Program-made: the position numbers and the translations under genes
Assembly: GCA_965240465.1 (NCBI GenBank)
Contig: OZ251219.1
Coordinates: 992,001 to 1,056,000 of the forward strand
Origin: a bacterium
GTDB lineage: Bacteria > SAR324 > JACQKK01
Length of the DNA stretch: 64,000 nt
Reading direction: 5' to 3'
In this document: piece by piece, positions 10,819 through 20,713 of the stretch
Position numbering within the stretch: the stretch's first letter is position 1
Layout of the letters: each line of letters opens with the position of its first letter
Notes under the pieces: generated by a model
What the model was told of the DNA's origin: nothing
Database searches by the model: none
The model's input: the letters and a program-made list of their open reading frames with translations, nothing else

Positions 10819-11736
10819 TTACTCTTCCAACATTCCCAGCACATACAAGATGACGACCATGCGTATCCAGATACCATTTTGGGCTTGTTCAAAGTAATGG
10901 GCACGGGGATCGGAATCTATATTCGGGTCAATTTCTTTAAGTCGGGGTAGGGGATGCATAATTATGGAATCTTTTCTCATGCGGATAATGTTTTTTGGGG
11001 TTAGGCGGTAGCGTTCTTCTTCTGCTTGGAAATCTTGGTCTGCACGTTCTTTTTGGAGGCGGGTCATATAAATGCAATCAACCTCGGGGAGAATCTTCTC
11101 CAGTTTTTCACTGGTGTGCCAGCGTACTTTTTGTCTTTTGAGAAAATGTTGCATGTCTGGGAGTAACTGGTAGATGGACGGGGCAATGAAGTGCATTTCA
11201 ATGTTTTCATATTTAGAAAGCAGATAAGCTAAGCTACGTACCGTACGTCCGTAGCGAAGGTCTCCCACAAAGGCAATTTTTAACCCCTTGATGTCGCCAA
11301 AACGGCGTCTGAGAGTATACCAATCCAGTAAGGCTTGAGTAGGATGCTGCCCAGAGCCATCGCCAGCATTGATGATGGGAACTTGAGAAGAAGCAGCTGC
11401 TTGTTTGGCAGCTCCGACCTCGGTGTGACGCATTATAATCAAGTCGCAGTAGCCAGCCATGACTCGGATGGTGTCTTGTAGGGATTCTCCCTTGGAAAAT
11501 GAAGAAAATTGCTGGGCGTTTTCAGTGGTGAGTATGAATCCTCCTAGGCGATGCATGGCAGCCTCAAAGGAGAAGCGAGTGCGAGTTGATGGCTCATAAA
11601 ATAGGGATGCCATTATCCGCCCACAGAGGATGTTTTGAGGAGGGCGATCCCGAATCTTCTCTGCCGCTTGGAAAAATTTTTCTAGCAGAGGTAATCCGAA
11701 CTGTTGGGATTCTACAATGTGTCGCGGGGTGCTCAT
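10819..11736 (-). CDS. pyrB: Aspartate carbamoyltransferase catalytic subunit
   Basis: FYEPSTRT, INAGDG..HPTQALLD, MHPLPR. Confidence 0.96.
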   Translation of the reverse strand: MSTPRHIVESQQFGLPLLEKFFQAAEKIRDRPPQNILCGRIMASLFYEPSTRTRFSFEAAMHRLGGFILTTENAQQFSSFSKGESLQDTIRVMAGYCDLIIMRHTEVGAAKQAAASSQVPIINAGDGSGQHPTQALLDWYTLRRRFGDIKGLKIAFVGDLRYGRTVRSLAYLLSKYENIEMHFIAPSIYQLLPDMQHFLKRQKVRWHTSEKLEKILPEVDCIYMTRLQKERADQDFQAEEERYRLTPKNIIRMRKDSIIMHPLPRLKEIDPNIDSDPRAHYFEQAQNGIWIRMVVILYVLGMLEE

Positions 11737-11961
11737 GGATCAAGAAGCAGTAAAAAAGCAACAGGGCAGTAGCGATGTCAAAAAATAGGGATGTTTTCTA
11801 AGGCGTAAGTTTTTGATAATGGAGATTTATGGTAAATTAATATTTTCAAGAGTATATTTTTTTCAAGTCTAGTACAACATTCTCGGCTATTTTTTCATAA
11901 GCTAACAGCAATCTCGCCTAGGGAATATGCCTTTTTTCGGGTCGCGATGTTTAGTCAATTA

Positions 11962-13020
11962 TTAAGAGATAGCAACCGGTCCTGAGGTTTTCAAACTCCC
12001 TTGACATATTTGCTGGAAAAAATTCTTTAGGAGCACAAATGCTAATTCGGGGCTTTGCTTAGCTTTATGCTCCAATTGATAAAGCAAAAGCAGGGAGCGT
12101 TCTGCCTCATTCTTATGAAAGTGCCGAGCTTGTTTTTCTAGGCGTTTTAAGAGCAGTGGATGTAATCCCAGTAACCGTGCACGCTCAGTGGGAGGGGCAG
12201 AGACGGAATCTTTTAGCATTATCACCTGACGAAAAAAACGCACCAACACCATCACTAAGGGCAAGGCATTTGCTGCCCCCTGTGCCAGCAAGGCACTCAA
12301 TTCAATTAGTGCTGAAGTCAGATCGCGGTTGGACAGAGTTTCTGCGATTGAAAACAAGGCCGCTTCTTTTCCTCCGCCCACGCTCCGAGCTACCAAAGAA
12401 TCATCCACGGCTCCCTCTTTTGCTACCAATACCAATTTCTCTAACTCATTCTCCAAACGACCCATATCCCGTCCCGCTAAGCTAATCATTAAATCTGCTT
12501 GAAGGGGATTCAAATCTAATCCCTTTTCCTTAGCACGCTCCACCACCCAACCAGCACCATTCCAGTCATCATAAGTAACCTGACGAATAACCCTCCCCAA
12601 TGATCGCAAACCCCGCAAGGTGCTTAATAATGCTTTGTTCAGATCTCCCTCCCGAGTAGAGATCGCAGTCATTAAGACATGCAAACCATCAGGTAAGTTT
12701 TCTATAACCTCCCTTAAAATATCCCATACCCTCCGCCCTAGCTCCCCACCAGCACCTGCTAACTTTAATTGCTGCATGCCATCCAAGCGAACCAGATATT
12801 GCTCGCACAAAAAGGGCTTGGTCTTCAAAGCAGCCTCCCACTCTTCAATTATTCCTTCTGTGTTCCCAGATGATCTGGTGAGCAAGACCCCCATGTCAAA
12901 TTGCCGCTTGGCAAAATCAGCTATGGCATCGCCAATCACCTGCTTTTCAAAACTTAAAGCATCACGACGCACCAACCACCTCTGATTCCCATAAACCAAT
13001 AACGCCCGCACTCCTGCCAT
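11962..13020 (-). CDS. holA: DNA polymerase III delta subunit
   Basis: N-terminal LLVYG, GRDMGRLENELEKL motif, C-terminal helical collar; typical length. Confidence 0.8.
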   Translation of the reverse strand: MAGVRALLVYGNQRWLVRRDALSFEKQVIGDAIADFAKRQFDMGVLLTRSSGNTEGIIEEWEAALKTKPFLCEQYLVRLDGMQQLKLAGAGGELGRRVWDILREVIENLPDGLHVLMTAISTREGDLNKALLSTLRGLRSLGRVIRQVTYDDWNGAGWVVERAKEKGLDLNPLQADLMISLAGRDMGRLENELEKLVLVAKEGAVDDSLVARSVGGGKEAALFSIAETLSNRDLTSALIELSALLAQGAANALPLVMVLVRFFRQVIMLKDSVSAPPTERARLLGLHPLLLKRLEKQARHFHKNEAERSLLLLYQLEHKAKQSPELAFVLLKNFFQQICQGSLKTSGPVAIS

Positions 13021-13074
13021 ATGCTGAACTTTCTAAAAAGCTACCAAATAAAAAGCCTAAAATTGAAGCCTAAC

Positions 13075-14307
13075 TCAGGCACTCGCCAGTTCACGGCAGA
13101 GGGTGGTTTCCAGTTCGTCTATGAATTGGTCGGTGGTTAGGTAACTATCTGCCGGGGGCTGGGAGGTTTTATGAATGCTACTCGCCAGATCCTTGGTCAT
13201 TTTACCACTTTCTACGGTATCTACACAGATACGCTCCAGAGTCTTGGCAAAGTTAATTAAATCGGGAGTGTCATCCAGTTTACCACGATGCATCAAACCT
13301 CGGGTCCAAGCGAAGATGCTGGCAATGGGATTAGTACTGGTAGGCTTACCCTCTTGATACTGGCGGTAGTGGCGGGTGACGGTGCCATGAGCAGCTTCGG
13401 ATTCCATGGTTTGGCCATCTGGGGTGAGCAGTACGGAGGTCATCATTCCTAAGGAGCCAAAGCCTTGGGCAACGGTGTCTGATTGGACATCGCCATCGTA
13501 GTTTTTGCAGGCCCACAGGATGTTTCCTTCCCATTTTAGCACTTGAGCTACTAGGTCATCAATCAAGCGATGCTCATAAGTCAATCCGTCTGCTTGAAAG
13601 CGTTCTTTGAATTTTTGTTCAAATACGGTTGCGAATATATCGCGGAAGCTACCGTCGTATTGTTTAAGTATGGTACTTTTGGTACTGAGATAGGTATTTA
13701 GCTGGTGCTCCAAGCCATAGTTGAATACTGCCATTGCGAAATCGTTAATGGATGCCAAGGTGTTAAACATACCCATAGCTACGCCTTCTGCTTGGAAGTT
13801 GTGGATATCCCAGCTTTGTGTCGGGGCGTTGGTAGGTTCATAAACCAGCTTTAGACGTCCTGGTCCGGGAATTTTGACATCCACCGAATTGTATTGATCG
13901 CCATAAGCGTGGCGGGCGACGACAATCGGTTTCTTCCAGTTGGATACCAGCTGGGGGACGTTCTTGCACACAATGGGAGCCCGAAAAATCGTGCCGCCAA
14001 TAATGTTACGAATAGTACCATTGGGGCTACGCCACATCTTCTTTAAGCCAAATTCCTTTACTCGGTCTTTATCAGGTGTGATGGTGGCACACTTGATTCC
14101 CACCTTATGCTTTAAGATGGCTTGAGCTGCTTCAAAGGTAACCTTATCTTCGGTGGCATCCCTATTGGCTATTGATAGATCATAGTACAGTAATTTGATG
14201 TCTAAGAAGGGAATTATCAGCTGTTGTTTAATCCTTGCCCAGACCACCCTGGTCATCTCATCCCCGTCCAATTCTGCTACGGGGTTGGCAACAATTATTT
14301 TTTTCAC
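13075..14307 (-). CDS. icd: NADP-dependent isocitrate dehydrogenase (eukaryote-like homodimeric type)
   Basis: ELDGDEMTR, KCATITPD, WRSPNGTIRN, NYDGDVQSD, EAAHGTVTRH. Confidence 0.96.
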   Translation of the reverse strand: MKKIIVANPVAELDGDEMTRVVWARIKQQLIIPFLDIKLLYYDLSIANRDATEDKVTFEAAQAILKHKVGIKCATITPDKDRVKEFGLKKMWRSPNGTIRNIIGGTIFRAPIVCKNVPQLVSNWKKPIVVARHAYGDQYNSVDVKIPGPGRLKLVYEPTNAPTQSWDIHNFQAEGVAMGMFNTLASINDFAMAVFNYGLEHQLNTYLSTKSTILKQYDGSFRDIFATVFEQKFKERFQADGLTYEHRLIDDLVAQVLKWEGNILWACKNYDGDVQSDTVAQGFGSLGMMTSVLLTPDGQTMESEAAHGTVTRHYRQYQEGKPTSTNPIASIFAWTRGLMHRGKLDDTPDLINFAKTLERICVDTVESGKMTKDLASSIHKTSQPPADSYLTTDQFIDELETTLCRELASA

Positions 14308-14550
14308 AGTAGGTTCTTCTTCTTTGGTAATGAGTGACTAGCTTGGAAAATCATTTAATATACTTTCAGTTTGCATTAGATTTGATGGCAAGGCTAGATA
14401 AAAACTAATGCTAGGATATAATTTTTATTACCTCCCATGTTGTTTCATTGACATTTTGTCTCTGAGAGATAGAGACTAGGGGTAGCAAAACGACTGCATA
14501 TTTCGCAGGTAGCGATTATTCTTACTAATAGCTTGGACAAGGAGTGTTGC

Positions 14551-16158
14551 ATGAGTAAGGGAATTACGAGGTGTTCTTCATGGGGGGTAGGAATTCAATT
14601 CATCCCATGGTGGTGGCGAGTGAGGAGGGGAAGAATATATCGGGGGCTGCTACTAGTGTTATGGGTGGGAGTCCCAGGACTGCTTTTGACACCCCCAATA
14701 GCTTCAGCCAAGCCCTTGGTGGTGATGCTGGATTCGGCTCCTTCAGATATTCACCCCTTGCGTGCTTCTGATGCTTATAGCGTAAGGATTGCCTACCAAT
14801 TGATTTATCAAACCATGGTGCGTTTGGATGAGAATCTGCAGATTTCTCCAAGCGTATTTGCTAGCTGGAGTTCCCAGGATGGAAAAAATTGGAATTTTAA
14901 GTTACGTAAGGGCATCCGTTTTCACGATGGCAAACCCTTGCAAGTACAAGATGTGGTGACCACCTTGAAGAGTTTTATGGAACCCAGTAATCGGGCGGTG
15001 GCTGGGGCTAGGTTGCGAGAGAAGATCAGCAGTTTGCGTGCAATCGGCAATGATACAGTTAACATTCGCCTTGACAAGGTCTATCCCGATTTTCTCCATG
15101 ACTTGATTTTGCCCGTGCTACCTCGCCATATTCCCTTGGATAAATTAGGCCAATCTTTGGTGGGGAGTGGACCTTTTCGTTGGGTTAGTCAGAGTCCTAA
15201 TCAAATTAAGCTATTACCATTCCCAGATTTCATTGATGGTACACCCCAGCTGGATTCATTGACGCTTACTGTGGTGAAAGATGAAAGTACTCGCTTTCTG
15301 AAGCTACGCAAGGGTGATGTGGATTTAGCTATCAATGTGCTGCCCTTGGCGCGATTGGATAGGTTGTCCAAGGGCAAGTTAGCCAGAGATTATCAGGTAT
15401 ATGAATCGGCTGGGTTGTCCTATCAATATTTGGGATTAAATACCAGCGATGCTATTTTATCCAATCCCAAGGTGCGTCTGGCACTTTCTTATGCCATTCC
15501 CATAGATGACTTGATTAAGCACTTGCTGAAGGGGCATGCGGTAGCTGCTGCGGGCTTGTTGCCGTTGGGTAGTCCTTACCAAGATCCTAACGCTCGCCGA
15601 CCTACTTATGATCTCAAGCTAGCCCGCCAGCTATTGGATGAGGCTGGTTATCCTAAACGCGGCAAAAAGCGATTCAAGTTGTTGTATAAGACTAGCACCG
15701 ATCGCACTGCTATTCGTCAGGCGCGTATCATTCAGCAGTCCTTGTCCAAGGTGGGGGTGCTGGTGGAGGTACGCTCCTTGGAGTGGGCAACTTTTTTCAG
15801 CGATGTCAAAAAAGGACAATTTCAAATGTTTTCCCTCCGGTGGGTGGGTGCTTCTGAGCCGGGGTTCCTCTATGAGTTATTCCATAGTAGCAAAATTCCT
15901 CCCAATGGCTTGAATAGGGTGACATACCGCAATCCTGCGATTGATCGCCTCTTGGAGCGTGCCCGAATAGAAGCTCGCCCCCAAAAGCGTCGTGCTCTCT
16001 ATCAAGAACTCCAGCGAAGATTGCTGGTGGAAATGCCATATATTCCTCTTTGGCACAGAAGCAATACAGCTGTACTCAAGCGTGGTTTGGAGGGTTATCG
16101 TGGTCATCCCAGCGGGGGATTTGAATTTCTTTACCAACTGCACTGGGCGAAAAAGTAG
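14551..16158 (+). CDS. Peptide/nickel ABC transporter substrate-binding protein (family 5)
   Basis: LRKGIRFHDG, VGSGPF, VRLALSYAI, ARQLLDEAGY; followed by two permeases. Confidence 0.9.
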   Translation: MSKGITRCSSWGVGIQFIPWWWRVRRGRIYRGLLLVLWVGVPGLLLTPPIASAKPLVVMLDSAPSDIHPLRASDAYSVRIAYQLIYQTMVRLDENLQISPSVFASWSSQDGKNWNFKLRKGIRFHDGKPLQVQDVVTTLKSFMEPSNRAVAGARLREKISSLRAIGNDTVNIRLDKVYPDFLHDLILPVLPRHIPLDKLGQSLVGSGPFRWVSQSPNQIKLLPFPDFIDGTPQLDSLTLTVVKDESTRFLKLRKGDVDLAINVLPLARLDRLSKGKLARDYQVYESAGLSYQYLGLNTSDAILSNPKVRLALSYAIPIDDLIKHLLKGHAVAAAGLLPLGSPYQDPNARRPTYDLKLARQLLDEAGYPKRGKKRFKLLYKTSTDRTAIRQARIIQQSLSKVGVLVEVRSLEWATFFSDVKKGQFQMFSLRWVGASEPGFLYELFHSSKIPPNGLNRVTYRNPAIDRLLERARIEARPQKRRALYQELQRRLLVEMPYIPLWHRSNTAVLKRGLEGYRGHPSGGFEFLYQLHWAKK

Positions 16159-16187
16159 CCGATGATAAATACACCAGTTTCAATGTT

Positions 16188-16252
16188 GGTGGCAGTGCTT
16201 GATGGCAGTGCTTGATGGCAGTGCTTGATGACAGTGCTTGATTGTGATGCTT
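16188..16252. repeat. 13-bp tandem repeat (GATGGCAGTGCTT), about 5 units
   Basis: GGTGGCAGTGCTT / GATGGCAGTGCTT x2 / GATGACAGTGCTT / GATTGTGATGCTT between the binding-protein gene and the first permease. Confidence 0.9.
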
Positions 16253-16274
16253 GTACCTCTGAGATGGACTGTCA

Positions 16275-17189
16275 ATGTACTTTTTTGTGCGTCGTTTATT
16301 AGTTACTCTGCCTGTTTTGGCAGGAGTACTAACCTTGGTATTTTTCTTGGTGCATTTAGTGCCTGGCGATCCAATAGATCTAATGCTGGGTGAGCAAGCC
16401 CAAACCGCGGACCGGGAACAGCTACGGGCTAGTCTGGGGCTGGATATCCCCTTGGGACAGCAGTTTGTCCATTATCTTGGGGACACCCTAAAAGGAGACT
16501 GGGGTGAAAGCCTGCATTATCGCCGCTCGGTGGCCCGCTTGATCGCAGAAAGATTTCCTGCCACGGTGGAGCTGATGCTGGCATCCATGTTGATAGCCTT
16601 GTTGCTGGCACTGCCTTTGGGAGTAATAGCAGCCTTGTTTCATGGGCGTATAGTAGATCAATTGGCAGGTGGATTAGCGGTGATAGGAGTAGCCATGCCT
16701 AATTTTTGGCTGGGACCTCTGTTAATATTGGCATTCTCCATTCATTTGGATTGGCTACCGGTAAATGGTCGTGGAGAATGGAGTAATCTGGTATTGCCCG
16801 CCTTCACCTTGGGGGCCACCTTGGCAGCTTTATTGTCTCGGATAACCCGCAGTAGCCTGCTGGAAGTACTAGGCGAAAATTACATGAGGACTGCTCGTGC
16901 CAAGGGTTTGACTAAGCGATCCTTATTGTTTACCCACGCTTTTCCCAACGCCCTCATTCCTATTCTGACGGTCATGGGACTGCAAATTGGTACGCTACTC
17001 TCAGGGGCTATCATCACGGAAAGCATTTTTGACTGGCCCGGGCTGGGAGGTCTGTTGCTGCAAGCCATCTATGCCCGCGATTATCCCTTGGTGCAAGGTT
17101 GTATCCTGATCATTGCTTTATCTTATGTAGGCGTTAATTTATTGGTAGATTTGCTATATGGCTGGATTGACCCGCGTGCCCGTGAATAA
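16275..17189 (+). CDS. Peptide ABC transporter permease (DppB/OppB/NikB family)
   Basis: VPGDP, RFPATVEL, YMRTARAKGL, ITESIFDWPGLG, RDYPLVQG. Confidence 0.92.
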   Translation: MYFFVRRLLVTLPVLAGVLTLVFFLVHLVPGDPIDLMLGEQAQTADREQLRASLGLDIPLGQQFVHYLGDTLKGDWGESLHYRRSVARLIAERFPATVELMLASMLIALLLALPLGVIAALFHGRIVDQLAGGLAVIGVAMPNFWLGPLLILAFSIHLDWLPVNGRGEWSNLVLPAFTLGATLAALLSRITRSSLLEVLGENYMRTARAKGLTKRSLLFTHAFPNALIPILTVMGLQIGTLLSGAIITESIFDWPGLGGLLLQAIYARDYPLVQGCILIIALSYVGVNLLVDLLYGWIDPRARE

Positions 17190-18063
17190 AATTAAGATGC
17201 CTGCGGGTAGAATTAAGGTGTCCGTAAAAACCATCCCAGTACGCGTCCACGTGTTGCTGATGCTGTTAGGGGTCGGGTTGGTGTTGCCAGCATTACTGGC
17301 TTCTTGGATTGCTCCTCACGATCCTCAGGCAATCAATTTATTTGATTCACTGGCTGTGCCTAGTAAGGAACACTGGATGGGATTGGATGAACAGGGTGCC
17401 GATATTCTTAGTCGCCTTTTGTTTGGAGCTCGTATTTCCTTGTGGGTGGGGCTGGTTAGTGTACTGATCTCCTGCTCGGTAGGGGTGACCTTAGGGATAG
17501 TAGCTGCTCTTAGAAGGGGTTGGGTGGAACAAAGTATAATGCGACTGGTGGATGTACTGCTGGCTTTTCCAGGACTACTATTGGCAATTGCTTTAGCAGC
17601 GGTGTTAGGACCGGGAATCGGTAATGTTGTGTTTGCTCTTTCGGTACTGGGATGGACCGGATTTGCACGCCTAGCTAGAGCACAAACACTGGTACTGAGG
17701 CAAAGTGAATACGTGGAGGCAGCGTGCATCGTGGGAGTTAGTACGGCAAGACTGATAAGAATGCATATTATCCCTAATATGATGGCACCCATCTTAGTTC
17801 AGGCTAGTTTTGCGGTAGCCGCTTCCATTTTAGCCGAAGCTAGTCTCAGTTTTTTAGGACTGGGAGCCCCAGTGGGTACGCCCAGCTGGGGAGCAATGCT
17901 TTCTGAAGGTAAGCATGTACTCTCTGAAGCCCCCCATGTTTCTATTTTTCCAGGATTAGCCATTATGTTCACCGTGCTGGGTTTCAACATGCTTGGCGAT
18001 GTCTTATCTGATTGGCTAGACCCCAAAAGACGCTACGTTAACTTGCAACGTCGCAATACTTAA
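17158..18063 (+). CDS. Peptide ABC transporter permease (DppC/OppC family)
   Basis: HWMGLDEQGADI..RLLFGARISL, EYVEAA, EASLSFLGLG..PSWG; true start may be 17197. Confidence 0.92.
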   Translation: MAGLTRVPVNKIKMPAGRIKVSVKTIPVRVHVLLMLLGVGLVLPALLASWIAPHDPQAINLFDSLAVPSKEHWMGLDEQGADILSRLLFGARISLWVGLVSVLISCSVGVTLGIVAALRRGWVEQSIMRLVDVLLAFPGLLLAIALAAVLGPGIGNVVFALSVLGWTGFARLARAQTLVLRQSEYVEAACIVGVSTARLIRMHIIPNMMAPILVQASFAVAASILAEASLSFLGLGAPVGTPSWGAMLSEGKHVLSEAPHVSIFPGLAIMFTVLGFNMLGDVLSDWLDPKRRYVNLQRRNT

Positions 18064-18152
18064 ATGTATATGGCAGGGAAGAATAATTGCTAAAAATACT
18101 TGCACAGATCTCCCCAGCAGGGTACACTTGAGCGGTCAGTAAAGAACTGCCC

Positions 18153-18902
18153 ATGACCGAAATTCCTCAACAATTTCCACTGGCTCCTACCTGGCTGGAA
18201 AACGATCGCAATGACCGCTGGTGGGTAGGGCCTTTGTTGACCGCCTTGGGGTTGTTGTTGTTTATTGGATATTCCACTTGGGCTGCCTTGCAGGGGGACA
18301 ATTATCAATGGGGACCTTATCTTTCGCCTTTTTACTCTCCCCTTATTGAAGTTGATTGGTGGCCGTTTTCGCCTGCTTTTTTGATCTTATGGGGCCCGGC
18401 GGGATTTCGTTTTACTTGTTACTATTATCGCAAGGCGTATTATCGGGCTTTTTTTCTATCTCCGTCCGCTTGTGCAGTGGGGGCTCGTCCGCAGAAATAT
18501 CGTGGTGAGCGAGCCTTGTTGTTGTTCCAGAATCTACATCGTTACATGTTGTATGTGGCCTTGGGTTTCATTGTATTTTTAACGCACGATGCCATTAAGG
18601 CCTTCCAGTTTAACGATGGTTTTGGGGTGGGAGTAGGCAGTATAGTTTTGACCCTGGACGCATTATTTTTAGCAGGGTTCACTTTTGGCTGTAATTCTCT
18701 GCGTCATTTGGTGGGAGGGAATGTTAATTGTTTTAGCTGTGTCAGCTTTGGCGGGGTGCGTCATAAAACCTGGAGCCTGGTGAGCTTGTTTAACAGTCGC
18801 CATATGGAGTGGGCTTGGGTTAGTTTGTTTTGGGTGGGATTTACCGATGTTTATGTGCGGTTGGTATCAATGGGGATTTGGCATGACGTACGGATTTTCT
18901 AG
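18153..18902 (+). CDS. Succinate dehydrogenase membrane anchor, mycobacterial Sdh1 (Rv0249c-like) type
   Basis: YLSPFYSP, FRFTCYYYRKAYYRAF, FQNLHRY, GCNSLRH, HMEWAWVSL; upstream of flavoprotein and FeS genes. Confidence 0.85.
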   Translation: MTEIPQQFPLAPTWLENDRNDRWWVGPLLTALGLLLFIGYSTWAALQGDNYQWGPYLSPFYSPLIEVDWWPFSPAFLILWGPAGFRFTCYYYRKAYYRAFFLSPSACAVGARPQKYRGERALLLFQNLHRYMLYVALGFIVFLTHDAIKAFQFNDGFGVGVGSIVLTLDALFLAGFTFGCNSLRHLVGGNVNCFSCVSFGGVRHKTWSLVSLFNSRHMEWAWVSLFWVGFTDVYVRLVSMGIWHDVRIF

Positions 18903-18904
18903 CG

Positions 18905-20698
18905 ATGAAAAACGAATCATACGAGACGCATGAGCACGACATATTGGTGATTGGTGCTGGTGGTGCTGGTCTGCGGGCTGCGATTGAGGCTTCTCGGCAG
19001 GGACTGCGAGTGGCGTTGGTATGTAAATCATTGTTAGGCAAGGCACACACGGTGATGGCTGAAGGCGGTATGGCGGGTTCTTTGGGAAATGTGGATTCCA
19101 GAGATAATTGGGAGATTCACTTTCGGGACACCATGCGGGGGGGGAAGATGTTAAATAATTGGCGGATGGCGGAATTTTTTTCCAAAGAGGCTGTAGAGCG
19201 TATTCTGGAATTGGAACGCTGGGGAGCGGTATTTGATCGGACTAAAGAGGGGCAGATAGCCCAGCGTAATTTTGGGGGGCATCGTTTTCCTCGTTTGGCA
19301 CATGTGGGGGATCGTACTGGTTTGGAGATGATCCGCACCCTGCAGCAGCATGGGGTGCATCAAGGGATTGATGTGTACATGGAATGCACTGTGGTGGACT
19401 TGCTTTTGGATGATGATCGAGTGGCAGGGGCTTTTGGATATTGGCGGGAGAATGGTCATTTTGTGGTTTTTCGCAGCAAGACAGTGATATTGGCTACCGG
19501 GGGATTGGGAAAGTGTTATCGTACCAGCAGTAATTCTTGGGAAGGAACCGGCGATGGCTTAGGGCTTGCCTTGCGGGCAGGAGCGGAATTGGTAGACATG
19601 GAATTCGTGCAGTTTCATCCGACTGGGATGGTATCGCCTCCGAGTGTGCGGGGGGTACTGGTGACAGAAGGGGTACGGGGAGAAGGAGGTGTTCTACTGA
19701 ATAACAAGGGCGAACGCTTCATGTTCAACTACATTCCAGAAAGCTATGCTACTGAAACTTCTTCCGACGAGGCAGAAGCTATCCGTTGGTTAAAGGGAGA
19801 TCCAGAAGCTCGCCGTGCTCCAGAGCTACTCACTAGGGATGTGGTAGCTAAGGCTATTCTTAATGAGGTGCAGAGTGGTCGGGGTTCTCCTAATGGGGGG
19901 GCGTTTTTGGATATCGCTAATCAGCGTCCGGCAGAGTACATTCGTCGTAAGTTGCCCAGCATGCATCATCAGTTTTTGAAGCTGGCCAACTTAGATATTA
20001 CCAAGACGCCTATAGAGGTTGGTCCTACTTGTCATTATGCCATGGGGGGCGTACTGGTAAATCCGGAAACCACCATGACTAATCTTAAGGGCTTGTTTGC
20101 CTGTGGAGAAGTAGCTGGTGGGCTACATGGTGCTAATCGTTTGGGAGGTAATTCACTGACTGATCTATTAGTATTTGGTTATCGGGCGGGGGTATCTGCC
20201 AGTCAATATGCCCAGCAAAATTCGGTTTTGCCTAAGATAACCCCAGCCCAAATTGAGAGCTATAAAAAGGTAGCCCTGCTACCATTTGAAAACAATAGCC
20301 AAGAAAACCCCTACCAACTCCTGAGAGAATTACAAGAAAGCATGGAACTCAGCAGTGGCATTGTACGCAACAAAAAGGATCTGCAAGCAGGTAGCCAAGA
20401 GCTGCTAAAATTAACTGCCCGTGCCAAGAATGCCTCAGTGGAAGGTAATCGCTGGTACAACCCAGGTTGGAACTATGCTCTTGATCTAAGAAACTTGCTA
20501 CTTGTTTCCCAAGCCATCAACCTCTCGGCTCTCAATCGGGAGGAAAGCCGCGGTGGTCATACTAGAGAAGATTTTGAAGCTTCTACCAAGCAATTTGAAT
20601 CCCTTAACACCGTTGTGTACTTGGAAAAGAATCAGCTGACATGGAAACATGTCAAGCGCGAGCCAATGCCAGAGCGTCTACAGAAACTCCTTTTATGA
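18905..20698 (+). CDS. sdhA: Succinate dehydrogenase/fumarate reductase flavoprotein subunit
   Basis: GAGGAG, GKAHTVMAEGG (covalent-FAD His), EFVQFHPT, HYAMGG, HGANRLGGNSL, ESRGGH. Confidence 0.93.
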   Translation: MKNESYETHEHDILVIGAGGAGLRAAIEASRQGLRVALVCKSLLGKAHTVMAEGGMAGSLGNVDSRDNWEIHFRDTMRGGKMLNNWRMAEFFSKEAVERILELERWGAVFDRTKEGQIAQRNFGGHRFPRLAHVGDRTGLEMIRTLQQHGVHQGIDVYMECTVVDLLLDDDRVAGAFGYWRENGHFVVFRSKTVILATGGLGKCYRTSSNSWEGTGDGLGLALRAGAELVDMEFVQFHPTGMVSPPSVRGVLVTEGVRGEGGVLLNNKGERFMFNYIPESYATETSSDEAEAIRWLKGDPEARRAPELLTRDVVAKAILNEVQSGRGSPNGGAFLDIANQRPAEYIRRKLPSMHHQFLKLANLDITKTPIEVGPTCHYAMGGVLVNPETTMTNLKGLFACGEVAGGLHGANRLGGNSLTDLLVFGYRAGVSASQYAQQNSVLPKITPAQIESYKKVALLPFENNSQENPYQLLRELQESMELSSGIVRNKKDLQAGSQELLKLTARAKNASVEGNRWYNPGWNYALDLRNLLLVSQAINLSALNREESRGGHTREDFEASTKQFESLNTVVYLEKNQLTWKHVKREPMPERLQKLLL

Positions 20699-20713
20699 GC
20701 ATAAGAATCATTC

